64,000 nt of DNA, from positions 3,482 to 67,481 of the forward strand of contig SLSF01000032.1 of the NCBI GenBank assembly GCA_007130605.1, in the 5' to 3' direction. Below the pieces are notes generated by a model that was given only the letters and a program-made list of their open reading frames with translations, was not told where the DNA came from and did no database searches. Position numbers and translations under genes: made by a program. Positions 53,277 to 63,494 of this stretch are shown here, piece by piece. The first letter of the stretch is position 1; each line of letters starts with the position of its first letter. The DNA is from Gemmatimonadota bacterium (GTDB lineage: Bacteria > Gemmatimonadota > Gemmatimonadetes > Longimicrobiales > Gaopeijiaceae).

Positions 53277-55136
53277 ATGAAGCTCTGGGATGAATTGAAG
53301 GAGCGGCGGATCACCCAGGTCGTGATCGCCTATCTTGCCGCAGGCTGGCTCGTGCTGGCGGTGGTGGACCAGCTCGTGGATCGCCAGATCCTCCCCGAGC
53401 TCTTCTACCGTGTGACCCTCGTCCTCTACCTCGGTGGGATCGGTGCGGCCATTGTGCTCGGCTGGTACCACGGGGAGAAGGGCCGCCAGAAGGTCACCGG
53501 TCTCGAGACCGTTCTCCTCGCCATCGTCACCATCGTCACCCTCTCCGTCGTGGGACTCGTGGTCCGGAGCCACCTCCAGCCGCCGGAGATGGCCATTCCC
53601 ACCGCCCCCAGCGGTGACCTGGACCCGCGTCGGATCGCCGTCCTCTACTTCGACGATGACAGCCGGGACCAGAGCCTGGGGCATGTGGCAGACGGGTTGA
53701 CCGAGTCCCTCATCGACCAGTTGGCACAGTCCGGCTCCATCGACGTGGTGAGCCGGAATGGAGCGCTCCAGGTCAAGGGCCTCAATCTCTCGCGAGACAG
53801 CATCGCCTCGATCTTTGACGCCGGCACAGTGGTGAGTGGATCGGTGGACGCTGCAGGAACGGATGTGCGGGTGGCGCTCAGCATCGCCGATGGCGGGAGT
53901 GGCGTGATCTTCCGAAGAGCGACCCTGGACTACCCGGAGGAAGACCTCCTCGAACTCACCGGAGGCGTCGCCGAGGAGGTGGCCCACCTCCTGAGAGAGT
54001 GGCTCGGCGAGGAAGTGGAGCTCCGGAGGCAGTCGGACGAGACCGCCGATCCACAGGCGTGGGCGCTTCTCCAGCGTGGAGAGCGGGCCCGGAAGGCGGC
54101 GGAGGATCGCCTGGCCGCACACGATCTCGCCGGATTCGAGGATGCGCTCCAGGAGGCCGATGGTCACCTCGCCCAGGCCGAGGAGCGGGATCCCTCGTGG
54201 GCACGCCCTCCCACGGCCCGGGCCCAGATCGCCCTCCGGTATGCCCAGATCTCCAGGGAGAATCCCATGGAGGCCTCGCGCGCCATCGACGAAGGACTCG
54301 CCCACCTCCTCCGAGCCTTCGACCGGGATCCCCGGTTCGCATCGGCGCTGGAGACCCGGGGGCTCCTCCGCTATCTGCGCTGGCGCTACAACCTGGAACC
54401 CGACCCGGGGGCGGCCACCCGCCTCGTGGAGAACGCCGAGGCGGATCTGCATGCGGCCGTCCGGATCGACCCCTCGATGGCGACGGCCTGGAATGTCCTG
54501 AGCATCATCTACTCCGAGAAGTCGGACCCGGTCAACGCCAAGCTCACCGCCCGGCGAGCGTATGACGAGGATGCCTTTTCCAGGGCCGCCGACGAGCTCC
54601 TCTGGCGACTCTACGCCACCTCGTACGACCTGGAGCAGTTTCAGGATGCCATCCATTACTGTGCCGAGGGTGCCAGGCGCTTCTCCACCCACTACCGTTT
54701 CACCGAGTGCCAGCTCTGGCTCCTTGCGTCGCGGGCGAGCACACCTGATGTGGACCGGGCATGGGAGCTCCACGAGCGCTATCTCGACCTCACCGGCGCC
54801 GAGCCCGGAAGCTTCTCCGACCGGACCGCCCGGATCATCGTCGGCGGGGTCCTGGCCCGTGCAGGCATGGCCGACAGCGCCGACGCCGTCTTCGCCCGGG
54901 CACGCTCCACACCCGAGATCGATCCGGGACGGGAGCTCCTGGGCCTGGAGGCGGTCTTCCGGCTCCAGATGGGTGAGACCGACGAAGCCCTCGAGCTGGT
55001 GAAGACCTACCTGACGGCGAGCCCGAGCCATCGGGGTGGGTGGCGCTGGAGTTCCCACTGGTGGTGGCGGGGGCTCCAGGACCACCCGGAGTTCCGGGCA
55101 TTGGTGGGGGATCCGGCGGCCTCGACCGGAAACTGA
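53277..55136 (+). CDS. Membrane-anchored TPR protein with a TolB-N/FlgO-like periplasmic domain
   Basis: The N-terminus reads ELKERRITQVVIAYLAAGWLVLAVVDQL and is followed by a second TM segment. Next come IAVLYFDDDSRDQSLGHVADGLTESLIDQL and then TPR-like helices. Confidence 0.7.
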   Translation: MKLWDELKERRITQVVIAYLAAGWLVLAVVDQLVDRQILPELFYRVTLVLYLGGIGAAIVLGWYHGEKGRQKVTGLETVLLAIVTIVTLSVVGLVVRSHLQPPEMAIPTAPSGDLDPRRIAVLYFDDDSRDQSLGHVADGLTESLIDQLAQSGSIDVVSRNGALQVKGLNLSRDSIASIFDAGTVVSGSVDAAGTDVRVALSIADGGSGVIFRRATLDYPEEDLLELTGGVAEEVAHLLREWLGEEVELRRQSDETADPQAWALLQRGERARKAAEDRLAAHDLAGFEDALQEADGHLAQAEERDPSWARPPTARAQIALRYAQISRENPMEASRAIDEGLAHLLRAFDRDPRFASALETRGLLRYLRWRYNLEPDPGAATRLVENAEADLHAAVRIDPSMATAWNVLSIIYSEKSDPVNAKLTARRAYDEDAFSRAADELLWRLYATSYDLEQFQDAIHYCAEGARRFSTHYRFTECQLWLLASRASTPDVDRAWELHERYLDLTGAEPGSFSDRTARIIVGGVLARAGMADSADAVFARARSTPEIDPGRELLGLEAVFRLQMGETDEALELVKTYLTASPSHRGGWRWSSHWWWRGLQDHPEFRALVGDPAASTGN

Positions 55137-55349
55137 GGCAGGGTCGCGACACCTGGTACGGTGCGGTGGCGTGCTCGCCACGGTCCTCGCCATGGACCTC
55201 TCGGTTGTCCGGGATTTTTCCCGGGAATCTCACGGCCCATAACTTGCTTGCGGGCAGGGTGTTGTGGGAACATCCCCCGACGGGTGGTTCCCTCGGAACT
55301 CCGTCCAGACCGGACCCGGGGTTCTCACGCCTTTCTCTCCGGAGGCCCC

Positions 55350-56981
55350 ATGTCTCGTGCGCCGCTGTTTCCTGTCGTCCTCTTCCTCTTCCTGGTCGCG
55401 TCGTGTGAGGCGCCCGACGTGCCCTCGGCCTCCGTTCCCGCCCAGCCGGAGGTGGCCCTGACCCTGGCCTCGCAGGGAGGCCTGGTGTCGCCGGGCTTCC
55501 GCTTCCTCCCTCCCCTCGCTCCAGAGAGCCCGGTGGGAGGAAATGTGGATCTCTCCCAGTCTCCCCGGGTGGAGGTGTGCCGGGTCGCCTCGGACGATTC
55601 CCTCGACTGCGGCACCACCCCCACCTTCCCCGAGGGCACCGTCCGACAGGTGGGAGAGCACTACGAGGTCCTCTGGCGGTCGGGTGAATCCGACGCCTTG
55701 GAGGGTCGACTCTTCCAGATCGAGGTATGGCTCGGCCAGGTCCGTCTCGGCTACCAGCAGGTGGAGTTCGAGGCGCAGGGTGGAGTCCGCGCCCGGGGCC
55801 GGAACGAACAGGCGGGCACGGATCGGACGGTACCCATCCGGTTTCGGATCGAGGAAGATGCCGTACTCCGGGCCCTCCAGGACCAGTGCGAGATCGGAGG
55901 AGTGATCGTGGACTGCGATGTCCAGATGGGGGACGGGAGTGAGGTGACCACCCTGACCGTCCGGTCCGGAGATGGGAGCCGGGTGGCGGGCCTCGTCCGG
56001 ATTCCGGTACAGGACGACCACGACTTCGGAAGCTACCTCGCGAGCCTGAGGCACCTGGCACATCCCATCGGCGGCGCCTCCATTCCGAGCAACGATCAGA
56101 CTCCCTTCTTCCTCCAGGTGGACGCGGTGGATGGAGGCGGAAACCCGGTCTCCTTCACACCTGCGGCGTACCTCGCCCTCTGCCAGCCGTCGGATGTCTC
56201 CACCGGTTCTATCGCATCACTCAACATCTTCCGTGTCTCGGACGGCCTGACCGAGGTCCTCGACACGCAGCGGAACACCCCGGAGTGTTTCGCCGGACAC
56301 GCTTCGTCCGGAGCGTGGGAAGACACCCGCCCCTTCCTCCGACGGGGGATCGACGCCGTCGCCGGACTTCTCCGGGCCCAGCCCCTGGGGGCGCTCCACG
56401 GAGGGCTCAACACCACCACCTCGGTCTTCAGTGAATTCGGCGCCACCCTCGCCGACGAGGCTCCCTTCGGCTACAGCGGTGCCTTCGCGTGGGAGGGCTC
56501 GGCCGGGAGCGGGATCGGTCCGGCTCCCTTCTTCACCCCCGGCGACTTCAGCCAGTGTCCCAACCTCTCCGTCGAGGGCGGAACCGGCGGATCGACGGTC
56601 TGGCCCCTGGGGGGAACCGGGGAGGGTGAGGGGAGCATCCTCACCCTGGAGAAATCCTTCCTGGTGCCCTCCGGTGCCAAGGGCATCCGGGTGTGGGCCG
56701 CCATCGACAACGACATCCAGGTCCGGGTGAACGGAACCGACATCACCGGGAGCTGGATCGAGAACCCGGACTCCAGCGGGAAACCGGGCAGTTCCGCCTT
56801 CCAGCCGAAGCTCGATTCGAAGGGATTCCTCGTGCACGAGGGGTGTGCCTGGATCGACTCGGTCTATTTCACGGCCGCCGCGAAAGTCCTGAACCCTGGA
56901 GCAGTCAACCAGCTCCAGGTGATCGCCCGGGACCGCGGGAGCATCGGCTATGTGAATGTGCGGGTGGAGGTGATCGACTGA
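55350..56981 (+). CDS. Lipoprotein, hypothetical
   Basis: Has a lipobox (LFLFLVASCEAPD) and is 543 aa long with strong GC3 bias. I recognise no family. The C-terminal part is beta-rich (IRVWAAIDNDIQVRVNGTDITGSW...). Confidence 0.55.
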   Translation: MSRAPLFPVVLFLFLVASCEAPDVPSASVPAQPEVALTLASQGGLVSPGFRFLPPLAPESPVGGNVDLSQSPRVEVCRVASDDSLDCGTTPTFPEGTVRQVGEHYEVLWRSGESDALEGRLFQIEVWLGQVRLGYQQVEFEAQGGVRARGRNEQAGTDRTVPIRFRIEEDAVLRALQDQCEIGGVIVDCDVQMGDGSEVTTLTVRSGDGSRVAGLVRIPVQDDHDFGSYLASLRHLAHPIGGASIPSNDQTPFFLQVDAVDGGGNPVSFTPAAYLALCQPSDVSTGSIASLNIFRVSDGLTEVLDTQRNTPECFAGHASSGAWEDTRPFLRRGIDAVAGLLRAQPLGALHGGLNTTTSVFSEFGATLADEAPFGYSGAFAWEGSAGSGIGPAPFFTPGDFSQCPNLSVEGGTGGSTVWPLGGTGEGEGSILTLEKSFLVPSGAKGIRVWAAIDNDIQVRVNGTDITGSWIENPDSSGKPGSSAFQPKLDSKGFLVHEGCAWIDSVYFTAAAKVLNPGAVNQLQVIARDRGSIGYVNVRVEVID

Positions 56982-56983
56982 CG

Positions 56984-57856
56984 ATGAAATCCGGCGCCGC
57001 AGCCGACTTCGCCGTCATCGCCCATCGCGGTGCCTCGGGGCACGCCCCGGAGCACACCTGGCCGGCGTACGAGCTCGCGGTGGAGATGGGAGCCGACGTT
57101 CTGGAACCCGATCTCCAGATGACTCGGGACGGGCACCTCATCGCCTTCCACGACTCGACCCTGGACCGGACCGCACGGCCCTCGAGGTCCCCGACGGGGC
57201 GACCCGGGGGCCGCTGCACCGGCCCCGTGATCGAACGGACCCTGAAGGAGCTCCGAACGTGCGATGTGGGGAGGTGGTTCAACGAGGCCCATCCGGAGCG
57301 GGCCCATCCGGACTTCGTGGGTCTCCAGGTGGTCACCCTCGCGGAGCTCTTCGAGCGGTGGGGAGACCGGGTGCGGTGGTACCCGGAGACGAAGAATCCC
57401 GACGAGGCTCCGGGGATGGAGAAGGCGCTCCTCGAATTACTCGAGCGGTACGATCTCCGCAATGCTGCAGTGGAGCGGGGCCAGGTGCTGATCCAGTCGT
57501 TCAGCCCCGAGTCCCTCCGGCACATCCAGGCGCTGGATTCGGACCTTCCCCGGGTCCAGCTCCTGGAGGCCGACGCCCTCGGGGAACGAAGCGCCGAAGA
57601 CGCCATGGCGGAGATCGCCGACTACGCCATGGGCGTCGGCCCGCACCGGGAGCTGGTGGACGCCGACTTCATGGCCGCAGCACGCGGTCATGGCCTGGTG
57701 GTGCACCCCTGGACCGTGGACGAGCCTGCCGAAATGGACCGCCTCATCGAGGCCGGGGTGGACGGGATCTTCACCAACTTCCCCGATCGGCTGCTGGCGA
57801 AGATCGGTCGGACGCCTCCTGGAACCCCAGGTGAAGGGTCGCCGCGGCAACGATGA
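56984..57856 (+). CDS. glpQ: Glycerophosphodiester phosphodiesterase
   Basis: Contains IAHRGASGHAPEHT, EPDLQMTRDGHLIAFHD and VHPWTVD...GVDGIFTNFPD. Confidence 0.9.
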   Translation: MKSGAAADFAVIAHRGASGHAPEHTWPAYELAVEMGADVLEPDLQMTRDGHLIAFHDSTLDRTARPSRSPTGRPGGRCTGPVIERTLKELRTCDVGRWFNEAHPERAHPDFVGLQVVTLAELFERWGDRVRWYPETKNPDEAPGMEKALLELLERYDLRNAAVERGQVLIQSFSPESLRHIQALDSDLPRVQLLEADALGERSAEDAMAEIADYAMGVGPHRELVDADFMAAARGHGLVVHPWTVDEPAEMDRLIEAGVDGIFTNFPDRLLAKIGRTPPGTPGEGSPRQR

Positions 57857-58604
57857 CCCCTGCGGCCACCGCCATCCATGCGATGGACGCCACATCGTCC
57901 CATCGGTTGAAGGCGATCCCCCCGAAGGCCCAGAGGACCGCCAGCCCCAGCCAGGGATTTCGGAGGGCACGGAGGGTGAAGATCGCCGCAACCGTCCCCA
58001 CCCCGATGAGGATCATGGCCCAGGCGGCATCCGGGAGGCCCCATCCCCCCCACTCCCACGCCACCAGGAGGGCGGTGCCATTCACCAGTGCCGCCACCAG
58101 GATCCACCCGAGGTAGACCCCGAACGCCGCTCGCGGGAGGATGCCCACGGGCCCCCTCCTCCGATCCGGGTGGATCTTGTCATTGAGGGCGATGAGCACC
58201 CCCAGAAGGCCGAGCATGACCGCCATGGAGAGTTCGACCTGCTCGTAGTGCCAGGCGAGGAGCCAGCCACCATTGAGGAGAGACGACACGGTGAACCAGG
58301 GAGCGATCCGGTTCCCGAGGGCGGCGTCGGAAGGGCGGAACTGCATCACCGCCCACCCCACCACGAGGAGGTAGATCACCCCCCAGATCGAAAAGGTGGC
58401 CCCCGTGGGCACGAAGAGGTTGGGGTAGAGGGCGGACAGCTCGCCGGTGGTCCGTCCTCCCAGGGGAAGCCAATTCGCCAGTGCGTTCACCCCCAGGGCG
58501 AAGACCAGGGCGACGGTCGCCACCACGCGGGGACGCCGATCCGGGGTCCCACCGCCGCCGTCCGCTTCCCGGCGAGGGACCGAGTCAGCCGGCGTGCGCT
58601 TCAC
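57771..58604 (-). CDS. Polytopic membrane protein, TspO/MBR-related (tentative)
   Basis: The GTG start at 58604 is preceded by GGAGGA and overlaps the upstream stop (GTGA). It has about 8 TM segments. The N-terminal part, ALANWLPLGGRTTGELSALYPNLFVPTGATFSIWGVIYLL, resembles tryptophan-rich sensory protein relatives. Confidence 0.55.
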   Translation of the reverse strand: MKRTPADSVPRREADGGGGTPDRRPRVVATVALVFALGVNALANWLPLGGRTTGELSALYPNLFVPTGATFSIWGVIYLLVVGWAVMQFRPSDAALGNRIAPWFTVSSLLNGGWLLAWHYEQVELSMAVMLGLLGVLIALNDKIHPDRRRGPVGILPRAAFGVYLGWILVAALVNGTALLVAWEWGGWGLPDAAWAMILIGVGTVAAIFTLRALRNPWLGLAVLWAFGGIAFNRWDDVASIAWMAVAAGVIVAAATLHLGFQEASDRSSPAADRGSW

Positions 58605-59518
58605 CCGGTGGGGTCCTCCCGCCAGGCCTGGTACCGCATCTGGAGGGTTGTCACCGGGTTCGCGTCCTCGTGGGGCTCGATGTTCTCGTCGGTCGCATGG
58701 AGGAAAAGCGACCAGTCGCCCCGGTTGTGCCCCTCGGGCTTCACCGCATCGTCGGGATCGGCGGCGAGGATGTAGGCGACATGGGCGGTGCGGTGGGAAC
58801 ACGCCGCTTCCGGAACCGGCTCGGTGTCGCATCCGCACCGGCGATCCCCTCCCTCGAGATCGGCGGCCACCATGGCGGCCATGACCCGGTCGGTCAGGCT
58901 CCCCTCGGCCTCACGGAAGGCCCGTGCGCCTTCGTGCACCACCGCCTCCGACGCCAGGATGTTGCCGAAGACCGCGAAGTGGATGGAGGCGCCGTCGGGT
59001 CCCTCCGTCGCTTCGGTGACCCCCAGCGCCACCGAGCCATTCTCCTGGCCGGAGAAGGTCAGGGCCCGCCCCTCCAGGTCGAGGATCCCGAATTGCCGAC
59101 GCTCGATGGCGGGGTCGGTGCGGAGCTGCTCCAGGATCGCCTCCGGATCGGTCCCCGCCTGGAGCTCCCGGTGGAGGAGCATCTGGTTCTCGCGGCTCCG
59201 GTCCACCGCCGCCTGCGCTGCGGCGACCCCGCGCCCCGGGACCACCACCGCCTGCACATCCCAGAGTCCCTCGGAGGGGAAGTTCCGGAGGGCGCCCTGG
59301 GACACACAGGTGGCCGACGCGATGACGACCTGTCCCGTGGATCGATCGATGGCGAGCACCGTCCAGGTGGCCGATGCGGGAGCCGCCCACAGGGCGAGAG
59401 CCACGAAGACCCCCGCCACCGCGGCCAGGACCGGCCGGGGGAGCACCAGGCCTCCGCCGCCCGCCCCGCCGATCCGGCCCCTGCCCTTCGCGCCGGGTCG
59501 AACCCCGCGCCCCATCAC
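58601..59518 (-). CDS. Secreted DUF1028-like (Ntn-hydrolase fold) protein
   Basis: Has a signal peptide ending in APASA, then TWTVLAIDRSTGQVVIASATC. This resembles the DUF1028 N-terminus (TFSIVARDxxTGxxGVAVxS). Its start overlaps the upstream stop (ATGA). Confidence 0.6.
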   Translation of the reverse strand: MMGRGVRPGAKGRGRIGGAGGGGLVLPRPVLAAVAGVFVALALWAAPASATWTVLAIDRSTGQVVIASATCVSQGALRNFPSEGLWDVQAVVVPGRGVAAAQAAVDRSRENQMLLHRELQAGTDPEAILEQLRTDPAIERRQFGILDLEGRALTFSGQENGSVALGVTEATEGPDGASIHFAVFGNILASEAVVHEGARAFREAEGSLTDRVMAAMVAADLEGGDRRCGCDTEPVPEAACSHRTAHVAYILAADPDDAVKPEGHNRGDWSLFLHATDENIEPHEDANPVTTLQMRYQAWREDPTG

Positions 59519-62517
59519 CCTTCCTCCAGGGTGTCGGGCGAAGCACCGGCGCCCCCGTCGGCCTCGGCGTCGTCGGCCACCGCTTCGTCGGGTTCATCTT
59601 CCTCCATCCGGTCCAGGGCATCCCAGTTCAGGATTGCGTTCCACGCCAGGGCGAACGAGCCCCTCGTCTGGTTCCGATGGAGCACCCGGACCCCGAACAT
59701 GACCAGGTGCCCGTCGCCGATCCGGCTGGCGATGGCCGCCGGCTGCCCCGCGAGCTGGTTCGGCCCGGCCACCAGCCCGCTCAGGAAGAGCCGGTCGGTG
59801 GGGGCGAAGCGAAGCACCACGTCGTCACTCCGGGAGCCGCTGGTGGACAGGTAGGGCCCGAAGCGATCGAAGACCGGAAACTCCTCCTCGTACCCCCAGA
59901 AGAGGGGGTGGCTCGCCCCATCGGTCCGGGCCCGGACGATGGATCCCGGGCTGAAGAGATTCCCCGGGCTCCGAAGCGAGACCCCGCGCACCATGGCGAA
60001 CTCCACGGGCACCGTGGTGGCCGAGCCCAGCGTCACCAGGGTGCCCCCGCCCTCCACGAAGTCTCGGAGCGCCGCGAGCCCCTCGTACCCCATCCCCCCG
60101 GTCATGTCGGAAGTCTGCGAATGCATCCCGATGGAGGGAAAGTCGGGGTGCGGCTCCCACGGAAGGGGGCCGTCGTCGGGATTCAGACCCTCGAAGATCT
60201 GGCGCCCGGAAGCGCTCCGCCCCTGGTCGGGAAAGAGGATCACATCGAAGGCGCTCCGCAGATTCCCATCGGCGAGGCGGTCCTCGGGCAGGTAGGTGTA
60301 GGGGATACCCATCTGGTCGAAGGCATACCGGACCGATCCGTCATCCTGGGTATTCCTCCAACTGTGGAGGAGGGCGATCCGGGGGAGCGTCTGTGCATTC
60401 CGCTCCAGCGAGTCCACCTCGGCGGCCGGGAGCCCCCCGACTTCGAGTCCCCAGCGCTCGGCCCAACGTGCCACCGCCTCCCGCTCCATGGCCTCGGAGG
60501 GGATGAGCCACGCCCCGGCGCCCCAGGGTTCGTCGACGCCCGAGGGAGTGACGGGCTCGCGAGCGGTGTGCACCGGGATCTCCTCTCCGAGCGCCCACCG
60601 GGCCTCCAGCGCATGGGCCGAAGCCTCGTACCGCACCACCCACCAGTCCGGCGCACCGGAGCCGGAAAGGGTCAACCGGCCCGGCAGATTCACCGGACCT
60701 GTGACCGCGGTCATTCCCAGCTCGAGCACCTCCGGTTCGGCGATTTCATGGACCTGCACATTGTAGATGAGGGGGAAGGTCCACGCCACATCGTCGTAGG
60801 GTCGGGGCGCGTCTTCGGGAAAGTCCTGCCGTTCCATCAGATTGCGAACGAAGTTGCCATACGGCTGGTCGGCCCGGACCAGGTAGTCTCCCGCCCGGAT
60901 CCGGAGGGTATCGGGGAGGCCGTGCGGGGGCTCGACCCCGGCCGCCGCGAAGTCCGCCACCGACATCTCGGCGTCGGCGCGGTGGAGCTCGACCCCGTGG
61001 GTGGCCAGCAGGTTCAGCATGTGGGAGACATCGGCGCGGCGGGCCTGCTCGGCGGGCACATGCCAGGCGTGGGGGGCCTCGACGGCGCCCCGCTGCACCG
61101 CGTTCCGGTTCTTCCGCCAGTAATTGCGAAGGACCTCGTCGCGGTTCCGCGCAATGAGGTGCACCGAGTGGAGGACGCCCGACTGGGCATAGTTCACATT
61201 GTTGCGAAGGGACCAGGTCACCTCGCTGTAGGGGGGATTCGCCCGGAACCACTCCACACTGGTGCGGTTGCCCCCCACGGTGCGCTCCTGGGTGGCGGGG
61301 ACCGAGTTTCCGAAGGTCTCGTAGAAGCGGCCGATGGCGTTGCGGTTGTTGAGCGCAAAGACCATGTAGCCGGGATTCCATCCATCGAAGAAGTCGTGGG
61401 TCCAGACCCCCGGCATTCCGTGAGCCGTGAGCTGGGTCACCTCATGGTGGGCGATCCACTGCCACTCGTGGCGGGTGATGGCGTCGATGTGCGGGTTGTA
61501 CGGCCCGGTTCCGGTGGAGACGTAGAGGAAGGGCACGGACTCGTGCAGGTCGAGGGCGATCGGATACTTCCAGTGCTCGAAGAGCCTCACCACCTGGCGG
61601 CTCAGCGCCAGGGTGAGCTGGAGGCCGTCTCGGTTGTTGTCATGGCGGATGTACTGGCCCCAGTACGGTGGCCCCGGCACCCGGTCGTCGGAGGTGTACG
61701 CCTCGCCCTGGTCGTGGAGCCGGTACCACTCCACTACCCGGTCCCGCCCGTCGGGGTCGGTCACCGGCATGATGAAGAGGAGCGCGTTCTCGCGGATCTC
61801 CCGGATCATGGGGTGCTCCGAGACCGCCACCCGGTAGGCGAGCTCGGCGGTGACCTCGGGGTGTCCCGTCTCCGGGGAGTGGAGCCCCGAGAAGACCATG
61901 TAGATGGCCGGAAGGTCCTCGATGATCCCCTCCATCTCGGCCTCGGAAGTCCGCCGCGGATCGGTGAGCCGGTGGTACGCCTCGCGGATCTCCTCGAGAC
62001 GCGCCAGATTTTCCTCGCTCCCGATCTGGACCAGGGCGAAGCGGCGCCCCTCCTCGGTCTCCTCCAGGTACTCCATCGCCACCCGGGGAGAGGAACCGGC
62101 GAGGGCCTCGTACCAGTCGTAGAATTCCCCGCTGGTGTGGAGAGTGCCGGGTTGGCCGATGGCGTAGCCGAAGTGCTCCATGGGGGTCACCACCCCCTCG
62201 GCCAGGGGAAGGTGGTCCACCAGTGGGTTGGTGAACTCCTCGGCGGTGGTCCAGGAGAGGATGTCGCGGGCGTAGGCGGTGTCGAGGGGCTGGCCCCAGG
62301 GCGCCGTCATCGGGAGATCGCGATCCAGGTGCCAGTCGAAGCTCTGCGGGACCGGGGGCTCGGCGGAGGCCTCCGTCCCGGCGTCGGCCTGCTGGGCCAG
62401 GAGGGGTGCCGGCGCCATCCAGAGGATGGCACCGAGGGCCAGGGCAAGGAGGAAGTGGAAGAGGGGAACGGGGGCAGACGGGCTTCGCATCCGGGTCCTC
62501 CGGCGATCAATGGGCAC
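59515..62517 (-). CDS. Very large secreted M14-like metallopeptidase (paralogue of 41034-43340)
   Basis: Has a signal peptide ending in LLAQQ. MEHFGYAIGQPGTLHTSGEFYDWYEALAGSSPRV parallels LEHFGQEIGSDGFLADWHQLSAYYDRVAQASPRV in the paralogue. The Zn motif is LHSPE (HxxE), and MPVTDPDG and HDNNRDG are present. Confidence 0.8.
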   Translation of the reverse strand: MPIDRRRTRMRSPSAPVPLFHFLLALALGAILWMAPAPLLAQQADAGTEASAEPPVPQSFDWHLDRDLPMTAPWGQPLDTAYARDILSWTTAEEFTNPLVDHLPLAEGVVTPMEHFGYAIGQPGTLHTSGEFYDWYEALAGSSPRVAMEYLEETEEGRRFALVQIGSEENLARLEEIREAYHRLTDPRRTSEAEMEGIIEDLPAIYMVFSGLHSPETGHPEVTAELAYRVAVSEHPMIREIRENALLFIMPVTDPDGRDRVVEWYRLHDQGEAYTSDDRVPGPPYWGQYIRHDNNRDGLQLTLALSRQVVRLFEHWKYPIALDLHESVPFLYVSTGTGPYNPHIDAITRHEWQWIAHHEVTQLTAHGMPGVWTHDFFDGWNPGYMVFALNNRNAIGRFYETFGNSVPATQERTVGGNRTSVEWFRANPPYSEVTWSLRNNVNYAQSGVLHSVHLIARNRDEVLRNYWRKNRNAVQRGAVEAPHAWHVPAEQARRADVSHMLNLLATHGVELHRADAEMSVADFAAAGVEPPHGLPDTLRIRAGDYLVRADQPYGNFVRNLMERQDFPEDAPRPYDDVAWTFPLIYNVQVHEIAEPEVLELGMTAVTGPVNLPGRLTLSGSGAPDWWVVRYEASAHALEARWALGEEIPVHTAREPVTPSGVDEPWGAGAWLIPSEAMEREAVARWAERWGLEVGGLPAAEVDSLERNAQTLPRIALLHSWRNTQDDGSVRYAFDQMGIPYTYLPEDRLADGNLRSAFDVILFPDQGRSASGRQIFEGLNPDDGPLPWEPHPDFPSIGMHSQTSDMTGGMGYEGLAALRDFVEGGGTLVTLGSATTVPVEFAMVRGVSLRSPGNLFSPGSIVRARTDGASHPLFWGYEEEFPVFDRFGPYLSTSGSRSDDVVLRFAPTDRLFLSGLVAGPNQLAGQPAAIASRIGDGHLVMFGVRVLHRNQTRGSFALAWNAILNWDALDRMEEDEPDEAVADDAEADGGAGASPDTLEEG

Positions 62518-62630
62518 GGCACATCGGGGTTTCCACGATCATACGGCGCACCCTCCCGATCGGAAAGGGTGCGGCCCATCCGATCCGGCGATCCGCTGCC
62601 CGGCGTCCCCCTGCCGACCCGCCCCTCCCT

Positions 62631-63431
62631 TCAGTTCGGCTCCACGCCCAGCTCACGGGCCAGCGCCCGCACCTGCTCCTGGATCCGACGGGTGTTGTCG
62701 GGTCCCATCCTCATGAGTGCCTTCGCGGCCCCGGGGCGATTCTCCAGCGCCGAGTCCCGGTACTCGTAGATTCCCTCCACCAGCTCCACCTCGGGGGGGC
62801 TCGTGGGCACCTCGATGGCCAGGAGGTTCCGGATGGCCATGGCGAGAAGCTCGTCGAAGGTATGGTCGGGGATGCCCAGATCGCTGTACGCCTCGTTGAT
62901 GAGCGGTCGCATCTGGCGGTAGAGCTGAACCGTGCCCTGGGTGTCGAGCGAGGCGAAGGTGGCGGCCAGGAGGTCGTAGCGCCGGTAGCTGTCGGGGTCG
63001 ATGACCAGGCGGCCATCGATCTCCCGGGCCCGGAAGTCCTCGTCGGGGGTCATGAAGCGCACATGGGAAGCCGGGTTGGAGGCCCCCGAGAGGTCGACAA
63101 TCACCCCCACGAAGCGCCGCACCAGCTCGTCATTCACCAGCCAGGCGGCGAGCTGCGGGTGCTCGGAGAGGCGCGCCACCATGCTTCGCACGAATTCATC
63201 ACTGGCCCCCAGCTCGGGGAGGTCGAGGAGGGGCACCTCCGGCTCCTCCATGGGGTCCACCTCGGGCTCCGGGGGAGCCTCGGCGGCAGGGGCGTCCGGA
63301 TCGACCTCCACCGGCGCATCGCGCTGGAACCAGAACCACACGGCACCGGCCACCACGAGGAAGAGGACGACTCCGATGACGATGCCTGCGACAGGCGGAT
63401 CCGACCTGCGCCGGCGCCGGGGGGACGGCAT
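62631..63431 (-). CDS. DUF3014-like membrane-anchored protein
   Basis: The start at 63431 (MPSPRRRRRSDPP) is followed by a TM segment (VAGIVIGVVLFLVVAGAVWFWF). LPELGASDEFVRSMV...YRRYDLLAATFASLD...LMRMGPDNTRRI matches the pattern I recall for DUF3014. Confidence 0.6.
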   Translation of the reverse strand: MPSPRRRRRSDPPVAGIVIGVVLFLVVAGAVWFWFQRDAPVEVDPDAPAAEAPPEPEVDPMEEPEVPLLDLPELGASDEFVRSMVARLSEHPQLAAWLVNDELVRRFVGVIVDLSGASNPASHVRFMTPDEDFRAREIDGRLVIDPDSYRRYDLLAATFASLDTQGTVQLYRQMRPLINEAYSDLGIPDHTFDELLAMAIRNLLAIEVPTSPPEVELVEGIYEYRDSALENRPGAAKALMRMGPDNTRRIQEQVRALARELGVEPN

Positions 63432-63494
63432 GGATGAGCGCTCCTGAAGGGGTGAGGGGTTGAGAATCAGTCTGGTAGTAGGCTGTTCGGACCG

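Noticed and set aside
52341-55193. The upstream 950 codons of the 1357-aa ORF 51120-55193
   Set aside because: Only the last 406 aa form a complete SerA starting at ATG 52340. The upstream part overlaps the serB-like gene (a different frame on the same strand) and the TPR gene (opposite strand), and it is Pro/Arg/Gly-rich noise.
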